Shown here: piece by piece, positions 7,212 to 11,667 of the stretch
How positions within the stretch are numbered: the stretch's first letter is position 1
Layout: each line of letters opens with the position of its first letter
Assembly (NCBI GenBank): GCA_041686025.1
Contig: JAWLEP010000014.1
Coordinates: 1-11,667, forward strand
Direction: 5' to 3'
Origin: Candidatus Fermentibacteraceae bacterium
GTDB lineage: Bacteria > Fermentibacterota > Fermentibacteria > Fermentibacterales > JCC-6
Length of the DNA: 11,667 bases
Translations under genes and position numbers: made by a program
The notes under the pieces: generated by a model
The model's database searches: none
Seen by the model: only the letters and a program-made list of their open reading frames with translations
Told to the model about the DNA's origin: nothing

Positions 7212-8275
7212 GATTCACCAGGGGCAACATTCTCCAGGCCGGGACGGAGGCCCTGGTCAACACCGTCAATACCGTGGGGGTGATGGGCAAGGGTATTGCC
7301 CTGATGTTCCGTGAGAAGTTCCCCGACAACTACAAGGCGTACAGATCGGCATGCCGGGCCGGGGAGGTACGGACAGGGAAGATGTTCCTGACCGAAAGAC
7401 AGGCCCTGATCGGTCCGAAGTGGATAATCAACTTCCCCACCAAGAGACACTGGCGTCATCCATCCCGTCTCGAGTGGATAAGGGAGGGACTGGAGGACCT
7501 CAGGAGAATCCTCCGGGAGAAGGGGGTCCGCTCCGTTGCCATCCCCCCCCTCGGATGCGGAAACGGCGGGCTCGACTGGCCAAGCGTTAGAGCCATCATA
7601 GAGGAGGCTCTGGGAGATCTCGATTCCATCGATATTGTGGTCTACCAGCCCACGGAGCGGTACCAGAACATTCGGAAGGACTCCGGAGTATCCACGCTGA
7701 CACCTGCCAGGGCCCTGATCACTGAGATGGTCCGGAAGTACTCGGTGCTGGGATTTCAATGTACGCTGCTCGAGATTCAGAAGCTGGCCTGGTTTCTGGA
7801 GTGGCATCTGGAACGACTGGGGCCCGACAATCCCCTGGACCTGCGCTTCACCGCCGGCCGATACGGTCCCTACGCCAACAGGCTTGATCATCTGCTGAAC
7901 TCCCTGGACGGCAGCTTTCTCTGCAGCGAGAAGCGAATAGCAGACTCCGGCCCATCGGATACCGTATGGTTCAATGAGGATCGCGCCGAAGATCTGCGGT
8001 CGTACCTGCAAAGCCCCGAGGGGGCGAGATACGCCGGAGCCCTTCGGGCTTCCGTGGGCACAATAGAGGGTTTCGAGTCACCGTTCGGCCTCGAGCTGCT
8101 GGCTACTGTGCACTGGCTGCTGAATGAAGGGGCAACCCCTTCGGTATCCGGGATCAGAAACGCAATGGCGGGCTGGCCGGGGGGCACCGGCGCAGCGGAG
8201 CGCAAGCTCAGGCTGTTCGACAGCCGCATGATCGAGCTGGCTCTGGACCGGCTTGCCCCAAAGACACACGGGTAG
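7208..8275 (+). CDS. darG: DarG antitoxin (macrodomain DNA ADP-ribosyl glycohydrolase plus DarT-binding C-terminal domain)
   Basis: ATG 7208 overlaps the darT stop (ATGA). Macrodomain motifs EALVNTVNTVGVMGKGIALMF, IINFPTKRHW and AIPPLGCGNGGL. C-terminal LLEIQKLAWF, YGPYA and GFESPFGLELLATV. Confidence 0.96.
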   Translation: MRFTRGNILQAGTEALVNTVNTVGVMGKGIALMFREKFPDNYKAYRSACRAGEVRTGKMFLTERQALIGPKWIINFPTKRHWRHPSRLEWIREGLEDLRRILREKGVRSVAIPPLGCGNGGLDWPSVRAIIEEALGDLDSIDIVVYQPTERYQNIRKDSGVSTLTPARALITEMVRKYSVLGFQCTLLEIQKLAWFLEWHLERLGPDNPLDLRFTAGRYGPYANRLDHLLNSLDGSFLCSEKRIADSGPSDTVWFNEDRAEDLRSYLQSPEGARYAGALRASVGTIEGFESPFGLELLATVHWLLNEGATPSVSGIRNAMAGWPGGTGAAERKLRLFDSRMIELALDRLAPKTHG

Positions 8276-8377
8276 CATCCAAGTCGCTCATCAGAATCCG
8301 TTTTGCTTGTGCGCAGGGGGAGGTCAAATCTACTTCCCGTATTGCTCGGAGTGCAGGCGTACCCCTTCCTCGGGCCT

Positions 8378-9223
8378 TCAGCTTCTTCTGGGGACGCTCC
8401 GTTCCCGCTGCCGGTAGAACCGCTTCAGCAGCGAGGTCATGTCATCGCGGTTGAGGAAGTCGGCCTCCGCCGGCCGCTGCAGGAAGGGAGCCACGTCGCG
8501 GCGGATGGCGGGCCAGTCGGCCTGTGCGAATCTCTCATCGAGGGCCCGCGGAAGATCGAGGTCTTCGATTCTCCGGGCCGGCCAGCCGCTCTGCTGAAGG
8601 GCGTTGCCCAGGAGGTCCATGTTGGGCTGCGGCCAGTCGGAGTCGCCCATGTACCACATGAGATCGTAGTAGTCCCTTCCCTTGGGATACTCCCTGGTCA
8701 GCACCGCGTGGACCTTGCCCGCCAGCAGGGAGGGCCTGTCGTGGTGCTGCAGGCGCAGGGGAACGTACCTGCGGACCAGGCTCACCTCCAGGCCGGCCCC
8801 GGGGGGCGGCGCGGAGTCCACCTCCACCCGGATGGACAGGACCTGCGTCTCGCGGGGCGACAGCCCCAGCTCGAAGGGAAGGCCCGGAAACCGCACCATG
8901 ACGCTTTGTACTGTCCGGTCGAGCCGCTTGCGCAGCTGCGTGTCGTATCCCTCCCGGGCCAGGGCGGAACGGGTCTTCTCCAGGACGGCCCCGAGGTCGA
9001 AGTTACCGGCCCCTGCCTCCAGGGCGAAGTCCAGGTCCTCGGAGAATCTGGGCATGTCGTAGAGAAACCTCAGGGCGGTACCGCCCTGGAATGCCAGGGA
9101 GACCATGGCTCCCGCCTCGGCCATCAGGCCCAGTATGCGGGCCTGGAGGTACTCCCTTACCAGCATGCCGGCACGCTCCTTCGAGGGCGAGCCCGCTACG
9201 ATCCGAAGCAGGCGCTGCTTCAC
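8378..9223 (-). CDS. abiEii: AbiEii/AbiGii-family nucleotidyltransferase toxin (type IV TA, DUF1814)
   Basis: GTG 9223 overlaps the upstream stop (GTGA). Motifs REYLQ..IL, LAFQGGTALRFLY..PRFSEDLDF and GKVHAVL.R...KGRDYYDL.W. Confidence 0.93.
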   Translation of the reverse strand: MKQRLLRIVAGSPSKERAGMLVREYLQARILGLMAEAGAMVSLAFQGGTALRFLYDMPRFSEDLDFALEAGAGNFDLGAVLEKTRSALAREGYDTQLRKRLDRTVQSVMVRFPGLPFELGLSPRETQVLSIRVEVDSAPPPGAGLEVSLVRRYVPLRLQHHDRPSLLAGKVHAVLTREYPKGRDYYDLMWYMGDSDWPQPNMDLLGNALQQSGWPARRIEDLDLPRALDERFAQADWPAIRRDVAPFLQRPAEADFLNRDDMTSLLKRFYRQRERSVPRRS

Positions 9224-9846
9224 GGTCTCTCTCCCAGGGCGACCTCTGCGGCGGCCCGGGCTGCCCGGACCACCTTGGGCTTGCCCCACCTGCGGGCCAT
9301 GGCCATCAGTCTGGAGATGTCCAGCTGCTCTGTGCTCTGCAGCCGCAGCCCCTCCATGTAGGCTGTACTGTCGGCCCCCGGCGTCAGGTAGGCCAGGTCC
9401 AGCAGGGCCTTCTCGGGCTCGGCCACACTGGCCTCGCCCTGAGCGGGAAGGTCCTCGTCCCTCCATCCCCAGAGCAGCGAAGGCTTGACGTGCCTGTAGA
9501 TGAAGCTGCCCAGGGGGGTATCAACCGTCTCCGTCCTGCCCCCCGCCACAGAGACCACAGATGGGGCGTGCTCGGGGATCAGGCCGTACCAGGAAAGTGC
9601 CGACTGGCAGCTAACGTAGGAATCCGGCCTGATGGCGTTGGCCAGGGTAAAGCCGTGGGGCTCGGGGCCCGACCGGGATGGCGCTACCACGTACTTTCCC
9701 CTTCTGAGCCGGATCAGCCTGCCCTCGGCCACCCACCGGGAGAGCTGGGCCTGCAGGACGGCGGGGTCGACGTCACCGGCCAGAAGCAGGCCGGTGGTGA
9801 TCACGGGCTCCCTGTTGGCAATCTCCAGGACCTTTTCGAATTTCAT
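9220..9846 (-). CDS. abiEi: AbiEi-family antitoxin / transcriptional regulator (N-terminal wHTH)
   Basis: QLSRWVAEGRLIRLRRGKY, LANAI.PDSYVS..SALSWYGLIPE, TPLGSFIYRH and AEPEKALLDLAYL. Coupled to abiEii. Confidence 0.9.
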   Translation of the reverse strand: MKFEKVLEIANREPVITTGLLLAGDVDPAVLQAQLSRWVAEGRLIRLRRGKYVVAPSRSGPEPHGFTLANAIRPDSYVSCQSALSWYGLIPEHAPSVVSVAGGRTETVDTPLGSFIYRHVKPSLLWGWRDEDLPAQGEASVAEPEKALLDLAYLTPGADSTAYMEGLRLQSTEQLDISRLMAMARRWGKPKVVRAARAAAEVALGERP

Positions 9847-9852
9847 AGCAAT

Positions 9853-9881
9853 AACTTAACATATTCGTTAAGTTGACGCAA
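9853..9881 (-). promoter_or_regulatory. Sigma70-like promoter of abiEi-abiEii overlapped by a palindromic operator
   Basis: Minus strand reads TTGCGT (9881-9876)-N17-TAAGTT (9858-9853) with an extended TGn. The perfect inverted repeat AACTTAAC-N6-GTTAAGTT (9853-9874) covers the spacer and -10. Only 6 nt separate the -10 from ATG 9846. Confidence 0.72.
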
Positions 9882-9932
9882 TGGTTTATCGTATTGCCGT
9901 TCTTTTCTTTTCTCTGTTGGATGCTGGCCTCG

Positions 9933-9988
9933 GCGGTTGAGGAGGTCGGCCTCCGCCGGCCGCTCCAGGAAGGGCGCCACGTCGCGGC
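9933..9988 (-). pseudogene. Remnant of a paralogous abiEii 3' region
   Basis: 53/56 nt identical to 8447-8502. Encodes RDVAPFLERPAEADLLNR versus RDVAPFLQRPAEADFLNR in the intact gene. Confidence 0.88.
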
Positions 9989-10047
9989 CAATGGTGCGGC
10001 GCCCCCGGGATTGGGAAATGAGCGATCAGCTAGATTTGATACAATTC

Positions 10048-10076
10048 TTGCTTAAATGAACAATATGGGTTATCTT
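10048..10076 (+). promoter_or_regulatory. Putative sigma70-like promoter for the second AbiEi-family gene
   Basis: TTGCTT-N17-TATCTT in an AT-rich tract about 80 nt upstream of ATG 10159. Confidence 0.55.
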
Positions 10077-10158
10077 TGAAGAGAAACGTAATGCATCAGC
10101 AAGACGATTCTCAGGATGCGTAAAGACAAGGATCATTTTTTGGAAGAATCGTAACGAC

Positions 10159-10941
10159 ATGAGGGCTATCGAGTACATCAGGGATCTGGCGGCCAGCGGG
10201 TCTTACTGCTTCACCACGGCTGACGCAGTCAAGGCGATCGGGAGCAGCATTCCCGCCGTACGCGCGCAGCTGCGCAGACTGAGACAACAGGAGCTGATAG
10301 CGGAGCCAGTGCGCAGCTTCCACGTCATCATTCCACCCGAGTACAGAAGCCTCGACTGCCTACCTGCGGAACACTTCATCAACCAGCTCATGCAGGTATG
10401 GGAGGAGCCCTACTACGTCTGTCTGCTGAGCGCGGCCGAGCGACATGGCGCGGCCCATCAGCGCCCCCAGGCGACCCAGGTCATGCTGCGCAAGAACCGC
10501 CGGCCCATCGAGTGCGGGAAGGTGTACGTCGAGTTCATCGCCCGCGGTGATTTGGACAGGATGCCGGTCACTGAGGTCAATACGCCACGCGGGGTGTTAA
10601 GGTACTCGACTTCGGAGGTCACCGCCCTTGAGCTGGTCGGATACCCGAGCCATGCCGGTGGTTTGAACAACGTCGCCACGGTCCTGTCCGAGCTCTCCGA
10701 GGAGATGTCTGCCGACAAGCTGGTCGAGGCCGGGCGGATCTGCCCGATGAGCTGGTCGCAACGCCTCGGCTATCTCCTGGAGCGGGTCGGACAGGAAGAT
10801 CTCGCCCGGTCTCTCGGACCTTTCGTGTCGGATAACGCTCGGAGCTACACGCCGCTGAGGCGCGCGGCGGACATCGCGGGAGGGAAACGAAACCCGCGCT
10901 GGAAGCTCATCGTCAACATCGAGGTGGAGCAGGACGAATGA
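10159..10941 (+). CDS. Type IV TA AbiEi-family antitoxin (AbiEi_1-like, distinct from 9220-9846); orphan
   Basis: N-terminal wHTH-like G.YCFT..DA...LRRL. Also IIPPEY, PYYVCLLSAAERHGAAHQRPQ..QV, TPRG...STSEVTALELVGY and QRLGYLLE, ending RWKLIVN. Confidence 0.88.
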   Translation: MRAIEYIRDLAASGSYCFTTADAVKAIGSSIPAVRAQLRRLRQQELIAEPVRSFHVIIPPEYRSLDCLPAEHFINQLMQVWEEPYYVCLLSAAERHGAAHQRPQATQVMLRKNRRPIECGKVYVEFIARGDLDRMPVTEVNTPRGVLRYSTSEVTALELVGYPSHAGGLNNVATVLSELSEEMSADKLVEAGRICPMSWSQRLGYLLERVGQEDLARSLGPFVSDNARSYTPLRRAADIAGGKRNPRWKLIVNIEVEQDE

Positions 10942-10985
10942 TACCCAGGGACTACATCACGGCCTGAAGGGCCCAAGCGCCGGGG
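10938..10985 (+). pseudogene. Truncated 5' stub of the cognate AbiEii-family toxin
   Basis: ATGA overlap with the antitoxin stop. Reads MIPRDYITA*RAQAPG, matching my recollection of the MIPxxYITxWRxxAPW N-terminus of DUF1814 toxins partnered with this antitoxin type. TGA sits at the Trp position (10965-10967). Confidence 0.75.
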
Positions 10986-10992
10986 CGGCACC

Positions 10993-11178
10993 GGCCGGGA
11001 AACCGCACCATGACGCTCTGCACTGTACGGTCGAGCCGCTTGCGCAGGTTGGGGTCGCAGCCTGCCGGGTCAGTGCGGAACGGTCTATTTCCAGGGTCGC
11101 GCTGAGCTCGAGCATTCTGCCCTGGCTCACCCGGCGGAAGAGCTTGGCCTGCAGGACGACGGGGTCGACGTCACCGGC
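10993..11178 (-). pseudogene. Deletion-fused remnant of a paralogous abiEi-abiEii operon
   Basis: 10993-11111 aligns to abiEii 8881-9000 (first 55 nt 51/55 identical; one 1-nt deletion near 11063). 11102-11178 aligns to abiEi 9704-9780 (last 40 nt 38/40 identical). Confidence 0.88.
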
Positions 11179-11204
11179 GGTTGAGGAGGCCGGGATGGAC
11201 GTCC

Positions 11205-11534
11205 CTATACCAGGGAGGCGAGGAACCGGTCGGCGGAGATGGTCCTGATGGAGTTGCCGCGGTCGGAGGAATCGACTCCCCCGGTGCCGACGACCAGGTA
11301 GGCTCGATCAAGGTCGAGCTGCCTGCGGAAGTTGGACAGCGCCGCAGGTTCTGTCGCGGCTGAGCCCTTTACCTCGAGCAGGATCGCCGGCTTGCGCTCC
11401 ACGGTCACCAGAAAGTCTACCTCTCGTGCCTCCGCGTCGCGGAGGTACCAGAGCCCCGCCCGATAGCCCAGCCTGTCCCGGAGGTAGTGCACGGCCTTCA
11501 GCAGGTGTGAGGCCACGAGGTTCTCCAGCCGGGC
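11205..11534 (-). pseudogene. 3' fragment of an AAA+ ATPase/DUF4143 protein (C-terminal PD-(D/E)xK-like region)
   Basis: ARLENLVASHLLK...LWYLRDAEAREVDFLV...LLEVK. An in-frame TGA at 11570-11568 and the absence of upstream ATPase-like sequence indicate the N-terminal part is lost. Confidence 0.75.
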
Positions 11535-11667
11535 TCGCCGGCCACGTTCAGCAGGTAGCGCATGCCGTCAGAAGCCGGCCGGTGAATCCCGCTACGTCCG
11601 CCTGTATGTCCGGGTCGGCGCCGCCGGTCATAAATGACGCCGTCCGCATGGGACCGGGGCTGTCGAT

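Noticed and set aside
8318..8338. Hairpin GGGAGGT-N7-ACTTCCC between the convergent darG and abiEii
   Set aside because: Weak 7-bp stem with a G-U pair and no adjacent U-tract; not supportable as a terminator.
9224..9466. 80-aa N-terminal extension of AbiEii in the ORF track
   Set aside because: Lies inside abiEi in another frame. The GTGA overlap at 9220-9223 gives the typical coupled start.
9993..10992. Possible terminal inverted repeats of the nested block (GGTGCGGCGCCCCCGG vs CCGGGGCGGCACC)
   Set aside because: Requires gaps, is almost all G/C and has no associated transposase; likely chance.

Overview
GC-rich bacterial window in two parts. The left part (1-6248) is cell-envelope DNA: the 3' end of a probable outer-membrane protein gene (YjbH-like) and a convergent NAD-dependent sugar epimerase. 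These are followed by a co-directional four-gene cluster of exported proteins: a lamin-tail-domain protein ending in a SWxxIK tail, a ComEC/Rec2-type metallo-beta-lactamase-fold hydrolase with a T9SS-type C-terminal domain, a PorV/PorQ-like beta-barrel, and a lipoprotein with FN3 plus duplicated OB-fold-like modules. A cUUCGg terminator closes the cluster. I infer it may be a split, surface-displayed nucleic-acid capture/degradation system of an FCB-group organism (the taxonomy is inference). The right part (about 6250-11667) is a toxin-antitoxin/defence island. It holds an intact darT-darG pair, an intact abiEi-abiEii pair with an apparently leaderless, operator-overlapped promoter, and an orphan AbiEi-family antitoxin whose toxin survives only as a nonsense-mutated 16-codon stub. 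It also holds three collinear fragments of a diverged second copy of the abiEi-abiEii operon and a truncated DUF4143-type ATPase 3' end. All family assignments come from motif recognition by eye; no database search was run.
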